Origin: an uncultured bacterium
GTDB taxonomy: Bacteria > Lernaellota > Lernaellaia > Lernaellales > Lernaellaceae
Direction: 5' to 3'
Assembly: GCA_964534375.1 (NCBI GenBank)
Contig: CAZHPN010000043.1
Location: 1 to 36,328 of the forward strand
Length of the DNA: 36,328 bases
Made by a program: the position numbers and the translations under genes. The notes beneath the pieces are model-generated. The model worked only from the letters and a program-made list of their open reading frames with translations, had not been told where the DNA came from and did not search any database. Shown here piece by piece: positions 9,075-18,495 of the stretch (position 1 is the first letter of the stretch; the number at the start of each line of letters is the position of its first letter).

Positions 9075-11966
9075 ATGAAATTTCCCTGGCCCGCGATCGT
9101 TCGGCTGCGCTTGCCGATTCTGCTCGTCGTCGCGTTGACGACGGTCTATTTCGGCTGGCAAATGCGCAACCTCAAAGTCGACACCGATGTGCTCAACTAT
9201 CTGCCCAATTCCGACCCACTCGTGCGCCATTTCAAAGAAAGCGGCGAACGCTTCGGCAGCAACTACATCGTCATGGCCGCGTTCGAGGCGAAAAATCTCT
9301 TCGCCCCGGAGCCGCTCGAGGCGCTGCGCAACGTCACGCACGCCATCGAGATGGTCAAAGGCGTGGCTGGCGCGCTGTCGTTGACCAATGTCCTCGATAT
9401 GCAAAAAGAGGCCGGCGGCATCGTCGCCAAACCGCTGCTGCCCGAGGGCGCGGTCCCGCCAGACGTCGCGTGGCTCGCCCAGTTGCGCAAGAGCGTGCTC
9501 GGCAACCCGATGTATCGCGGCAATCTCGTCTCGCCCGACGGCAAGGTCGCGCTGATCACGATCCGCCTCGAAGAAAAGGCCAACAAGGAAAAGGCCGCGC
9601 GCGCGATCAAAGTAGCCGCGACCGAGCGCGCCGCCGGCCATACGCTCTACTTCGGCGGCTTCTCGATGATCATGGGCTACATGAGCAGCTTGATCGAACA
9701 CGACATGTCGCGCCTGGCGCCGGCCGTCGTGCTGGTCGTCGCGCTGGCGCTGTTCCTCGGCTTCGGCAACCTGCGCGCGGTGCTGCTGCCGATGGGCGCC
9801 GTGTTCCTGGCGACGGCCTGGACGCTGGGCGCGCTGGCGAAGCTGCAGATGCCGCTGAACATGATGACCTCCGTCGCGCCGGTCGTGCTGGTCGCGATGG
9901 GGGCCGCGTACAGCATTTATGTCCTGGCGCGCTTCAACGAAGGCGCCGGCGGCGGGGCGTCGCCGGGCGAAGGCGCGACCGCCGCGTTGCAGGAAACGGG
10001 CTGGCCGATCGCGCTGACCGCCGTCACCACGGCGATCGGTTTCATTTCGTTGTTGTCGGCCTCGCTGACGATTTTCGGCCAGTTCGGCGAAATGATGGCC
10101 TTGGGCACGTTTTTCGCGGCCCTCCTCTCGCTGACCTTCGTGCCCGCCGTGCTCGCCTGCCTGCGTCCGCGCCCGGCGACCGCGCCGCCCCGCCTCGCGC
10201 AGATCCTGATCGGCAAGCCGTTGGCCGCGGCGGAATACCTGCTGCATCGGCACGCGGGGACGATTCTCTTTGTCACCGGGCTGATCGCGGCGGCGTCGGT
10301 GGCGCTGATTCCGCAGATCAAACGCAACGTCAATCTGCTATCGTATTTTCCGCACGGGTCGGAGCCGGACGTCTCGGAACGGCTGATGCGCGAGAAATTC
10401 GGCGGCTCGCAGCTTTTCCTGGCCGAGTTTTCGGCGGCGTCGGCCAAGCATCCGGCCGTCCTGCACGCGATGTACGATTTGCAGCGCGAACTGCGCACGC
10501 TCGCCAACGTCAACTATCCGCAATCGGCGGCGGACGTCTTTCAACTGGCGCATTCGATGATCGACGAGCGGCCCGGGTTGCCCGACACCGCGGCCGGCGC
10601 CGACGCGCTGTGGGTGCTGCTGCAAGGCCAGGCCGGCCTCGACCAGATGATCGACGCGCCGGCCCGCAACGCCGCGGTGCTGGCGCGCGTCGACAGCGTC
10701 GACAACAGCGTGCTGGGGACGGTGATGGCGCAGGTCCAGCAGTTGCTCGACGGGATCCCGACCGAGATCGCCTACGTCGAACTCTCGCGCTTCGACGACG
10801 AAACGAGCCGGGCCCTCGCGCGCGAGAGCGCGAAGCGCATCGCCCGCAACGTGCGCTTGACACTGCGGTTCCACGGCGACAAAGACCTGCCGTCGGCGGA
10901 TACGCTGGCCGAGAAAATCGGCGCCGTCATCGAACAACCGATCGAACTCTCGGCCGAAAAACGCGGGATCTTCGCCCAGCGGCTCGTCGGCTATTTCCGC
11001 AGCGAGGAGTCCGACATCAAGATTGACTCGCCGGAGGTGGCGGCCGCCGCCGCGAACGCCGTCGCCGCCTTGCCGCGGCTGGACCTCGCCGCGATCAAAG
11101 ATGCGCTGCGCAAAGTCATCCCGGCCAAGACGCAGGCGGATGACCCGAAGGGCATCGACTATGCCGCGCCGACGATTCTGTCGCAATTGAAAGGCCTGGC
11201 GGAGGAAGACCGTCTGGCCGCGGCGTTCGGCGTCGTCGGGCAACTGACCGGGCGCGATTTGGCGGATCCGGCCAACCGCGACCTGACCGAAGATTTGCGC
11301 GCCGACCTGGCGTCGGTGAACGACGCGTTCGTCGGCTTGCCGGCCCGCCAATTCAAAAAAATCGCCGGCCGCAATCCCGAGGCCGCGGAAAAAGTGGACC
11401 TGCGCACCTCGCTCACGGGCTGGCCGCCGTTGTCGGTCAAGTTCGACAAGGAGCTGATCGCGACGATGGTGCAGAGCATTTTGCTGTCGGCGGCGGTGAT
11501 TTTCGGCCTGCTGGCGCTGCAGCTTCGGTCGCTGACCGGCGGCTTGATGGCCTCGGCGCCAATTTTCATCAACCTGGTCACCACCTTCGGCGTGATGAGC
11601 GCGTTGAACGTTCCATTGGACAATTCCACGATGATGATCACCAGCATTGCCATGGGCATCGGCGTGGGGTATACGATCCAATTCATTGCGCGGCTGAAAC
11701 TGGAGTTGCGGGCGGGCCCCGAGTTGTTGCCGGCGATCGACCGGGCGCTGCGAGCGGCGGGCCGGCCGATCTTGATCAATTCCCTGGCGGTCGGCCTCGG
11801 GTTCCTGACCCTGGTGTTGTCGGCGATGACGCCGCAAAAACGGTTCGGCTCGCTGATCGCCTTGACGATGTTCTTCTGCGCCTTCGGGGCGCTGACCTTG
11901 CTTCCGGCGATCTTTCTGCGCCTTCAGCCGGCGTTTCTCAGACGGCAAACCGGGAAGACAGACTAG
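9075..11966 (+). CDS. MMPL/RND family lipid transporter
   Basis: Two repeats of TM1 + periplasmic domain + 5 TM; ALTAVTTAIGFISL and ILINSLAVGLGFLTL; GxGxxYxI motifs; 963 aa. Confidence 0.92.
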   Translation: MKFPWPAIVRLRLPILLVVALTTVYFGWQMRNLKVDTDVLNYLPNSDPLVRHFKESGERFGSNYIVMAAFEAKNLFAPEPLEALRNVTHAIEMVKGVAGALSLTNVLDMQKEAGGIVAKPLLPEGAVPPDVAWLAQLRKSVLGNPMYRGNLVSPDGKVALITIRLEEKANKEKAARAIKVAATERAAGHTLYFGGFSMIMGYMSSLIEHDMSRLAPAVVLVVALALFLGFGNLRAVLLPMGAVFLATAWTLGALAKLQMPLNMMTSVAPVVLVAMGAAYSIYVLARFNEGAGGGASPGEGATAALQETGWPIALTAVTTAIGFISLLSASLTIFGQFGEMMALGTFFAALLSLTFVPAVLACLRPRPATAPPRLAQILIGKPLAAAEYLLHRHAGTILFVTGLIAAASVALIPQIKRNVNLLSYFPHGSEPDVSERLMREKFGGSQLFLAEFSAASAKHPAVLHAMYDLQRELRTLANVNYPQSAADVFQLAHSMIDERPGLPDTAAGADALWVLLQGQAGLDQMIDAPARNAAVLARVDSVDNSVLGTVMAQVQQLLDGIPTEIAYVELSRFDDETSRALARESAKRIARNVRLTLRFHGDKDLPSADTLAEKIGAVIEQPIELSAEKRGIFAQRLVGYFRSEESDIKIDSPEVAAAAANAVAALPRLDLAAIKDALRKVIPAKTQADDPKGIDYAAPTILSQLKGLAEEDRLAAAFGVVGQLTGRDLADPANRDLTEDLRADLASVNDAFVGLPARQFKKIAGRNPEAAEKVDLRTSLTGWPPLSVKFDKELIATMVQSILLSAAVIFGLLALQLRSLTGGLMASAPIFINLVTTFGVMSALNVPLDNSTMMITSIAMGIGVGYTIQFIARLKLELRAGPELLPAIDRALRAAGRPILINSLAVGLGFLTLVLSAMTPQKRFGSLIALTMFFCAFGALTLLPAIFLRLQPAFLRRQTGKTD

Positions 11967-11988
11967 GGTGCGACAACAAGGAGCGACC

Positions 11989-12717
11989 ATGAGACGCCTT
12001 GCCAGCTTCGTGATGACGGCGGTCCTGTGCCTGGCGCTGCCCGCGTGGGCGGAAAAGTCGGCCGACGAAATCCTCAAGAGCCTGGACGACCAGGCGACGC
12101 GTTTCACCGATCTGAAAGTCAAGATGAAGCTCACGGTCCGCAGCGCCGACGGGGTGGAAAAAACCTCCGACGCGCTCGGGCTGCAAAAAGGCAAGAAGCG
12201 ATTGTATCGCTTTCTCGACACGGGCATGGCGTTCTTGTCGCTCGATGCCGACAACAGTTGGGTGTACCTGCCCGAAGAGCAGAAGATCCGCCGCATCGCG
12301 GCGCACACGCACAACCAGAGCTTCATGGGCACGGACTACAACGCCGACGACATGGCGTTGACGCGCTACGACGAGACGTACACGCCGAAACTCCTGGAGG
12401 CGACCGACAAGGAATACACGCTCGAACTCACGCCCAAGCCGGACAAAACCTCCGCCTATTCCAAAATCGTGCTGCACATCGACCGCGAGATCAACGCGAT
12501 CCGCCGCCTGGAGTACTACAACCCCAAGGGCGAAATGGAAAAGACCGAAGTGCGCACCGATTACAAACAAATCCCCGGGCAGTGGTACTGCATGTCGCTG
12601 GAAATCACCAACGTCAAAACCCAGCACAAGAGCATCGTGAAAATGATCGATCCGACCGTCAACACCGGCCTTTCGGACGACCTGTTCACGCCGCGGCAGT
12701 TGAAACGAATGGAGTAA
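11989..12717 (+). CDS. Outer-membrane lipoprotein-sorting (LolA-like) periplasmic protein
   Basis: AAGGAG RBS, signal peptide LALPAWA, WVYLPEEQKIRRI, SFMGTDYNADD, YSKIVLHID, NTGLSDDLFT. Confidence 0.88.
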   Translation: MRRLASFVMTAVLCLALPAWAEKSADEILKSLDDQATRFTDLKVKMKLTVRSADGVEKTSDALGLQKGKKRLYRFLDTGMAFLSLDADNSWVYLPEEQKIRRIAAHTHNQSFMGTDYNADDMALTRYDETYTPKLLEATDKEYTLELTPKPDKTSAYSKIVLHIDREINAIRRLEYYNPKGEMEKTEVRTDYKQIPGQWYCMSLEITNVKTQHKSIVKMIDPTVNTGLSDDLFTPRQLKRME

Positions 12718-12723
12718 CGCAGC

Positions 12724-14193
12724 GTGCGGCGAACGACGGCGATCTTCCTTTGTCTCTGCGCGGCGGCGATCGCCGCCCCGGCCGCGGTTTGCGCGGTCGA
12801 CGTGGAGTTCTCGGGTTATGCGCTGACCGATTTGCGGTTCACGGTGCAGGGCGAACCCAGCCAATTCAATTACGCGGAGCAGTGGCTGAACCTCGCCGTC
12901 AAGCCGATCATCACCGATCAGGTCTTCTTGTACGGCAGCGTCAACATCGTCGCCAACACCATCGCCCAAAAATCCGTCTCGGTCACCGACCAGGAAAACC
13001 GGACGATCACCGATCCCCTTTGGTTCGAATTGGACCAGGCCTATTTGAGCCTGGCCAGCCTGGGATGGAAGAACCTCGACGTCCGCATCGGCAAGCAGCG
13101 CATCGCCTGGGGCACGGCCGACCGCTTCAACCCGACCGACCATCTCAATCCGATCGACGCGCACGACCCGATCGACTTCGGGAAAAAGGTCCCGACCGTC
13201 GGCATTCTGGCGACGGCGTATGCGGGGCCGATCACGTTGACCGGCGCGGTCATGCCGTTGTACGAGCCGGCCGTGCTGCCGGTGACGGATCTCCACGGGA
13301 TCTTCCAGGCGCAGTTCCATCAGATGGCTCACACGATCAAGATCAACACCGGCAGCGCGTCGCTCAACCAGGTCGTCCAGGCGATGATGGCCCCGGCCCT
13401 TGCCTCGGCCCAACTCGGCAATTTGCAGGTCGATTCCACTTTGCCGCCGTTGACGCTTTCGAACATGCAGGCCGGGTTCAAGCTCGGCGGCCGCGCCGGC
13501 GTCTTCGATTTGTCCGCCTGCTACGAGTACGTCCTGGACGATTTCGGCGTGCCGAAAGACGTCCTCATCGGCGTGCCCGATCCGCTGAACATCCACAGCC
13601 TCAACGTCAACGTCTCGCAAACGTTTCCGCGCCTGCAACTCATCGGCGGGGACATGGCGGCGTCGCTGCCGTTCCTGTGGGACCTCGGCGTCTGGGCCGA
13701 GGCGGCGTATTTCATTCCACAGCGCATCCAGACGACGTACGAGGTCGACACGGGGCAGTTCAACGAGTTCCTGATTCAAAAGGGCGGGCATTACGGACCG
13801 GCGGGCGGCGTGGTGGTCGGTCACGACCGGCCGACCGACAAACCCTATTTCAAGATCACGGCCGGTTTCGATTACACGTTTCCGGGTGCGTGGTACATCA
13901 ACGCGCAATACGTCCGCGGCCTGTTCGACGAAAACACCAACAGTTTGGTCGCCAACTACGTGTTCGCCGGCGTCGACAAACCGTTCTTCTACGAAACGCT
14001 CAAACTGCGGCTGTTCGGCGGCTATTGCTTCGACGACCACAGTTGGATGTTGCTGCCGCAGGCGACCTACGTGCCGTACAAGAACGTCGAGTTGATTGTC
14101 GGCAGTCTGCTCATCTTCGGCAACATCGGCACGAAATTCGGCGCCTTCGGCAACGACATCATGTTCACCAAGGCAAAGGTGTCGTTCAAATAG
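12724..14193 (+). CDS. Outer-membrane beta-barrel protein (DUF1302-like)
   Basis: Signal peptide; ELDQAYL, VRIGKQRIAWGTADRFNPTDHLNP; alternating amphipathic strands; ends FTKAKVSFK (beta-signal-like). Confidence 0.8.
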   Translation: MRRTTAIFLCLCAAAIAAPAAVCAVDVEFSGYALTDLRFTVQGEPSQFNYAEQWLNLAVKPIITDQVFLYGSVNIVANTIAQKSVSVTDQENRTITDPLWFELDQAYLSLASLGWKNLDVRIGKQRIAWGTADRFNPTDHLNPIDAHDPIDFGKKVPTVGILATAYAGPITLTGAVMPLYEPAVLPVTDLHGIFQAQFHQMAHTIKINTGSASLNQVVQAMMAPALASAQLGNLQVDSTLPPLTLSNMQAGFKLGGRAGVFDLSACYEYVLDDFGVPKDVLIGVPDPLNIHSLNVNVSQTFPRLQLIGGDMAASLPFLWDLGVWAEAAYFIPQRIQTTYEVDTGQFNEFLIQKGGHYGPAGGVVVGHDRPTDKPYFKITAGFDYTFPGAWYINAQYVRGLFDENTNSLVANYVFAGVDKPFFYETLKLRLFGGYCFDDHSWMLLPQATYVPYKNVELIVGSLLIFGNIGTKFGAFGNDIMFTKAKVSFK

Positions 14194-14208
14194 CGAATGT
14201 AGATCGGC

Positions 14209-14709
14209 TCACTCGGCGGCGGGGGTCGCCGCGCGCGTTTCCGGCGGGCGGATCAGCCACCCGGCGTCCACATCGAAGTGCAGGCGCACGTCGCCGAGGT
14301 CGAGCGACAGATCGTTGAGGAAGCCGCGTTTGATCGTGATGTCCCCGGTGGCGCAGATGCCCGGGTGGAGCGACTCGAAGATCCGGCGCCCGTTGACGAC
14401 TGGACTCGGCAACGGCGGCAACACCAGGTCTTTCTTGCCCGCGTTGCGAATCGCCAGCTTGTAGCGGTCGGAAAAAAATACGCGGCGCGCGCCGCCGACC
14501 GTGCCGTTGAAGCGGTAGGTGCCGTCAATATTCAATTCGGTGCTGTAATTGCTCATGCTGTGGAAGTACGCGACTGTCACGGCAACGAGCGCCAGGGCGG
14601 CAATGAAGGCCGCCGCGCAGCCGATCGATCCGGGAATGGTCTTGCGCGGCTCGGGAACCTCCGGCGCCTCAACATGCGGGAAATTGGGACCCTCGCCGTT
14701 CGGTTCCAC
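14209..14709 (-). CDS. Hypothetical membrane-anchored protein
   Basis: Single TM (AAAFIAALALVAVTVAYF) followed by a beta-rich domain; start uncertain (GTG 14709 or TTG 14772). Confidence 0.55.
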   Translation of the reverse strand: MEPNGEGPNFPHVEAPEVPEPRKTIPGSIGCAAAFIAALALVAVTVAYFHSMSNYSTELNIDGTYRFNGTVGGARRVFFSDRYKLAIRNAGKKDLVLPPLPSPVVNGRRIFESLHPGICATGDITIKRGFLNDLSLDLGDVRLHFDVDAGWLIRPPETRAATPAAE

Positions 14710-14778
14710 AAAATGCCTCGTCGGAGAAACTGGATCGCGAGGCCAAAGTAGCACATTGGCGGGGTAAAACAAGGTTGG

Positions 14779-14889
14779 TTTCGGACCTCACACGGAGCCA
14801 AGGAGTGCGCCGCAGAGGATGAGCCCGGCAACAACTCTGTGCGGCTTTGCGCGTCTCCGCGTGAGGCCCGAAAATCCGCATTCCGCATT
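14779..14889. repeat. 39-bp imperfect inverted repeat (CACGCGGAG/CAGAG type) followed by a TCCGCAT heptamer remnant
   Basis: tttcggacctcacacggag...gcagag (14779-14817) versus ctctgt...ctccgcgtgaggcccgaaa (14835-14873); then aatccgcattccgcatt. Confidence 0.75.
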
Positions 14890-14901
14890 GACGGGATGCG
14901 G

Positions 14902-15957
14902 TCAACCCTTGGCGAACCAGTCGACGATGTGCGGAAAGACTTCCTCATAAACGGCGCCGCCCAGCAGCAGCGTCATGTGGTCGTAATCGTGGGCCTGCCC
15001 GTGGTGTTTGCCGAGCAGAATCCATTTTTTCTCGGCGCTGCCGAAGTGCTCGTAGGCGGCTTGAACCGCGCCGCTGCCGGCCGTCGGATCGCGGGAGCCG
15101 CAGAGAAACAGCGTCGGCGTCGAAATGTTTTTCATCCCGTCGAGCAAGTCGGTTCCGTCGTCGGCGATCAGCCGGCCGGCGCGAACCAACCGCGTGAAAT
15201 CGAGCAAGAGCGACGTCGGCGTCTGGTCCTGGCAGTTGGCCGCCGAAAGCGCCGCATGCCCGGGCAGAAGGAAGCGGTTGCCGCCGACGACTTGAAAGGC
15301 CGTGACATATTCCATCAGCGGCGCGATGCTGGCGGTGACCGCCTTGACCGGCGCGGCCGGCATGAGCTTCAGGAGGAAGTCGTAGTTCCCGGCCTTTCGC
15401 ATATGGTCGAACGTCGCCGGGCTGGCGAGAATCGTACACCGCGAGATCTTCTCGGCCAGCGGCGTTTGCAGAAACGCGTAGGCGAGCATGCCGCCCATGC
15501 TGTGGCCGATCCAGTGCACGTTGTCGGCGCCGGTCAATTCCAGAACCTTGGCGATCGCCGCGGGAGCGTCGTGCCCGTAGTGATCGGACAGCTTCCAGTT
15601 CAGCCGGTGCGGCCCGCGCAAATGGCCGCGGTCGGACAGGCCCGACCCGCGTAGGTTCAGCACGAACGTCGGGTGCCCGGCGGCGGCGAGGAAGCGCGCC
15701 AGGCTCGTGCGCGCCGTCAGATCGAAGCCGTGGTGATTGCCCGACAAGCCGTGGCAGCAGATCACCGGCCGGCGCGGCGCCACGCCCGGCGGCGGGTCGT
15801 AGCGGTGCAGCGCCAGCGTCCAGCCGTCGTCCGTGGTCGCATAATGCACCGCGTCCGGCCGCCGTTCGTTGCGGTACATCCGGCCGAATACGCCTGCGAG
15901 CAGCGCATCCGCCGCGCCCACGCCGAGCAACGCGGCGGCAATTTCGAACAAGGCCAT
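14902..15957 (-). CDS. Alpha/beta hydrolase (lipase/esterase-like)
   Basis: HYATTDDGWTLALHRY, CHGLS, nucleophile elbow GHSMGG, GSRDP, YDHMTLLLG. Confidence 0.9.
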   Translation of the reverse strand: MALFEIAAALLGVGAADALLAGVFGRMYRNERRPDAVHYATTDDGWTLALHRYDPPPGVAPRRPVICCHGLSGNHHGFDLTARTSLARFLAAAGHPTFVLNLRGSGLSDRGHLRGPHRLNWKLSDHYGHDAPAAIAKVLELTGADNVHWIGHSMGGMLAYAFLQTPLAEKISRCTILASPATFDHMRKAGNYDFLLKLMPAAPVKAVTASIAPLMEYVTAFQVVGGNRFLLPGHAALSAANCQDQTPTSLLLDFTRLVRAGRLIADDGTDLLDGMKNISTPTLFLCGSRDPTAGSGAVQAAYEHFGSAEKKWILLGKHHGQAHDYDHMTLLLGGAVYEEVFPHIVDWFAKG

Positions 15958-15997
15958 GCGTCAGCCTCCGGAAAATCTCGGTGAAAAGACACGGCGC

Positions 15998-16026
15998 ATC
16001 TTAGTGCCGCGACGGAGGAGCGTCAA
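15998..16026 (-). promoter_or_regulatory. Putative sigma70 promoter of the hydrolase
   Basis: TTGACG-N17-TAAGAT on the minus strand; GGAGG RBS before ATG 15957. Confidence 0.65.
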
Positions 16027-16036
16027 CGCGGTGCGT

Positions 16037-16120
16037 CAGGGAACAGGGAACAGCGAACAGGGACCAGGGAACAATGAACAATGAATAGTGAATAGTGAAC
16101 AGTGAGCAGTGGTCGGTGAC
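16037..16120 (+). repeat. Heptamer tandem array, 12 units drifting CAGGGAA to CAATGAA to TAGTGAA to CAGTGAG
   Basis: Strict 7-nt periodicity read directly from the sequence. Confidence 0.85.
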
Positions 16121-16170
16121 AGGGCGGCAGTCGAAATCTGGCGCAGCCGCCCGCCCCGGACTCGGCAGGT

Positions 16171-16238
16171 ATAGGGCCGATGGGGCCGATGCCGCCCAGA
16201 ACTCCCAGATTTTCCAGGATTCCCATCATTCCCATTAC
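16171..16238. repeat. Inverted pair of 9-mer arrays (ATGGGGCCG)n / (CCCATCATT)n
   Basis: atagggccg atggggccg atg, then cccagaact cccagattt tccaggatt cccatcatt cccattac. Confidence 0.7.
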
Positions 16239-16286
16239 AGTTGGCGGCGCCTGCGCCGCCACACCGGAAGATGACTTCGCCTTCGC

Positions 16287-16793
16287 TTATTTCGCCGTCT
16301 CCTCGGTCAAATGCACGCTGCCGACGATCTGGTCGTGAAACGACAGCACCTGCGCGTCGGTCCATTCGACCGGCGCGGCGATTTGCAGCGTCCAGACCGC
16401 TTTGGCGCCGGGGATGACGTAAATCCAGATGAAGTGCGTCGAAAGTTGGTCGTGCAGGCCGGGCACGAGGCGGCCGTCGATCCGCACCTGGATGGCCAGC
16501 GGCATGCCGCCCATGGCCGTGTAGATTTTTTGATAGGCGCGGTTGAACGCCGCGTCGGGCGTAGTTTTGTCTTCGCGCAGCACCAGCACGCCGGGCGACG
16601 GCCGGATCGGCGGCTCGGGGCGGAACAGCTCCGCGCCCTTCTCGTCGAATTTCTTGAAACCGTGCGGCAGGCGCAACGTCAGGCCGCCGACGTTGTATTC
16701 GTCGGTGCTCGAAAAATCGAGCGGATTCGCCCGGGGCACGCTGACGCACGCCGCCAACGCAACGAGCAGGCAATACGTCAAGGCGCGATTCAT
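16287..16793 (-). CDS. Hypothetical lipoprotein
   Basis: MNRALTYCLLVALAAC lipobox; ATGA overlap with the mltG stop; possibly PsbP/Mog1-like fold. Confidence 0.75.
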   Translation of the reverse strand: MNRALTYCLLVALAACVSVPRANPLDFSSTDEYNVGGLTLRLPHGFKKFDEKGAELFRPEPPIRPSPGVLVLREDKTTPDAAFNRAYQKIYTAMGGMPLAIQVRIDGRLVPGLHDQLSTHFIWIYVIPGAKAVWTLQIAAPVEWTDAQVLSFHDQIVGSVHLTEETAK

Positions 16794-17830
16794 GGCCGCG
16801 TCGATCCTTTGAGAAAACGGTTCACAGCCTGCAAATGTTCCGCGTACGACGATGAGAAAACGTGCCGTCCTTCGCCCGCCGCGACAAAATAGAGCCACGG
16901 ACCGTCCGCCGGCGAGAGCACGGCTTCGAGCGCGCCGGCCCCCGGATTGCAAATCGGACCGGGCGGCAAGCCGGACCGAACATAGGTATTATAAGGCAGG
17001 TCGCGCTGCAAATCCGCCTTGGTCAACTCGCCGCGGAACTCGGCGCCCAGGGCGTAAATCGTCGTCGGGTCGGATTGAAGCGGCATCCCACGCGCCAGGC
17101 GGTTGAGGAACACGCGCGCGATCATCGTCCGCTCCGGCTCGTAGCCGGTCTCTTTTTCCACGATGCTCGCCAGCGTGACGGCTTGGATTTCGGTCAGGCC
17201 CGACAGCGCGGCGCGGGCGGCGAATTCGTCGGCCCACTTGCGCTGGAAGAGCCGCACCATCCGGGTCAGCAGCGTCTTGGCGTCTTCGCCGCGCTCGTAG
17301 GCGTAGGTTTCCGGCCAGAGAAAACCTTCGAGCCGCGGCGCCGGCGCCGCCAGGGAATCGGCGAAAGCGGGATCGTCGATCAGCCGCGCCGCCAGCCCGG
17401 GCGGATCGATCCCGGCGGCCTGCATTTTGGCCGCCGCCTGTGGCGCCGTTTCGCCCGGCACGACCATGAAATAATGGCGCACGGTTTTGCCGGAGAGCAG
17501 CACGTCGAGCGCCGCCTGCGGCTTGCCGCCGCGCGCGAAGCGATATTCGCCGGCCTGCAGCCGCCGCGCCTTGCCGCGCCATTTCGCCAGCAGCACGAAA
17601 CCGCGGCGGTCGGCGACCACGCCGTTGCGTTCCAGCGCCGCGGCAATCTTGACGATGCCCCAGCCGCGTTCGATGACCACGTCGACCTCCGGCGCGTCCG
17701 GCCGCGTCGGCGCCGCCCGGCATAGCCAGGCGAGCGCCGACGACGACGCGGCCGCGGCCAGCACCGCCACGGCCCCGGCCGCGAGCGCGACGCGCTTCAG
17801 GCGACGAACTCCGGCGGACGACTCAGCCAT
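16790..17830 (-). CDS. mltG: Endolytic transglycosylase MltG (YceG)
   Basis: LQAGEY, LEGFLWPETY, LASIVEKET, VFLNRL...LQSDPT, YNTY...GLPPGPICNPG, LYFVA. Confidence 0.95.
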   Translation of the reverse strand: MAESSAGVRRLKRVALAAGAVAVLAAAASSSALAWLCRAAPTRPDAPEVDVVIERGWGIVKIAAALERNGVVADRRGFVLLAKWRGKARRLQAGEYRFARGGKPQAALDVLLSGKTVRHYFMVVPGETAPQAAAKMQAAGIDPPGLAARLIDDPAFADSLAAPAPRLEGFLWPETYAYERGEDAKTLLTRMVRLFQRKWADEFAARAALSGLTEIQAVTLASIVEKETGYEPERTMIARVFLNRLARGMPLQSDPTTIYALGAEFRGELTKADLQRDLPYNTYVRSGLPPGPICNPGAGALEAVLSPADGPWLYFVAAGEGRHVFSSSYAEHLQAVNRFLKGSTRP

Positions 17831-17872
17831 CGTTCAGGGTTCGCCTCCGTGGCGCTCGTGCCGCCGGTCGCG

Positions 17873-18244
17873 CTAGGTCGCGGCCAGCACGAAGCGGAAG
17901 ATGATCGCGGTGAATAGCAGGAAGGTCGCGGAGCCGAGCACGACGTGCAGGATGCGGCGGACGCCGGGTTTTGCGGTCCAGCCGCTGAAACCGGCGACAA
18001 AGGTCAGCGCCAGGAACTCCACGAACGAGATCAGGCGGAAGACGACGGGATAGGCGAACGCGAGCACCGCGGCATGCACCAGCGCGCACAGGGCGATCGC
18101 GAGGATCGCCGACCACCGATGCACGATGCGCAACGCGGCGCTGTCTTTCTGCACCAACTGCAGCACGCCGGTGACCAGCAGGCTCAGCAGCAGCAGGAAA
18201 TCGAGCCCGACCAGACCGTACAACAACGGGCGAACATTCGGCAT
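17873..18244 (-). CDS. Small 4-TM membrane protein with His residues (DUF4405/cytochrome b-like possible)
   Basis: Hydrophobic helices with VTG...IVHRWSA...LVH and SG...ILHVVLG internal repeat. Confidence 0.55.
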   Translation of the reverse strand: MPNVRPLLYGLVGLDFLLLLSLLVTGVLQLVQKDSAALRIVHRWSAILAIALCALVHAAVLAFAYPVVFRLISFVEFLALTFVAGFSGWTAKPGVRRILHVVLGSATFLLFTAIIFRFVLAAT

Positions 18245-18399
18245 CGAGAGGCCCTCGAGGTGAAAAATTCACGGCATACTAGTCGAAGGCGCCGCAAAAG
18301 AAAAGTTGCGTCGCGCGGCCACAATTCCCGGGTGAGAGATTGGGGACGTTTGCTTGGGACAAGGCGCCGCCGGCGCCGAAACGCAACGGCGAACGGCGC

Positions 18400-18428
18400 T
18401 TGACGGCGGTTGCGCACCCGACTAGCAT
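18400..18428 (+). promoter_or_regulatory. Putative sigma70 promoter of ffs
   Basis: TTGACG-N17-TAGCAT. Confidence 0.65.
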
Positions 18429-18495
18429 TTTTTGCTCTGGTGGGTATGGTGGTTAAGCGGCGATGCGCACGGTCGAAAGGCCTGGCGCGCCCGCA

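Noticed and set aside
16037..16238. CRISPR array
   Set aside because: Repeats are 7-9 nt tandem units without unique spacers; no cas genes.
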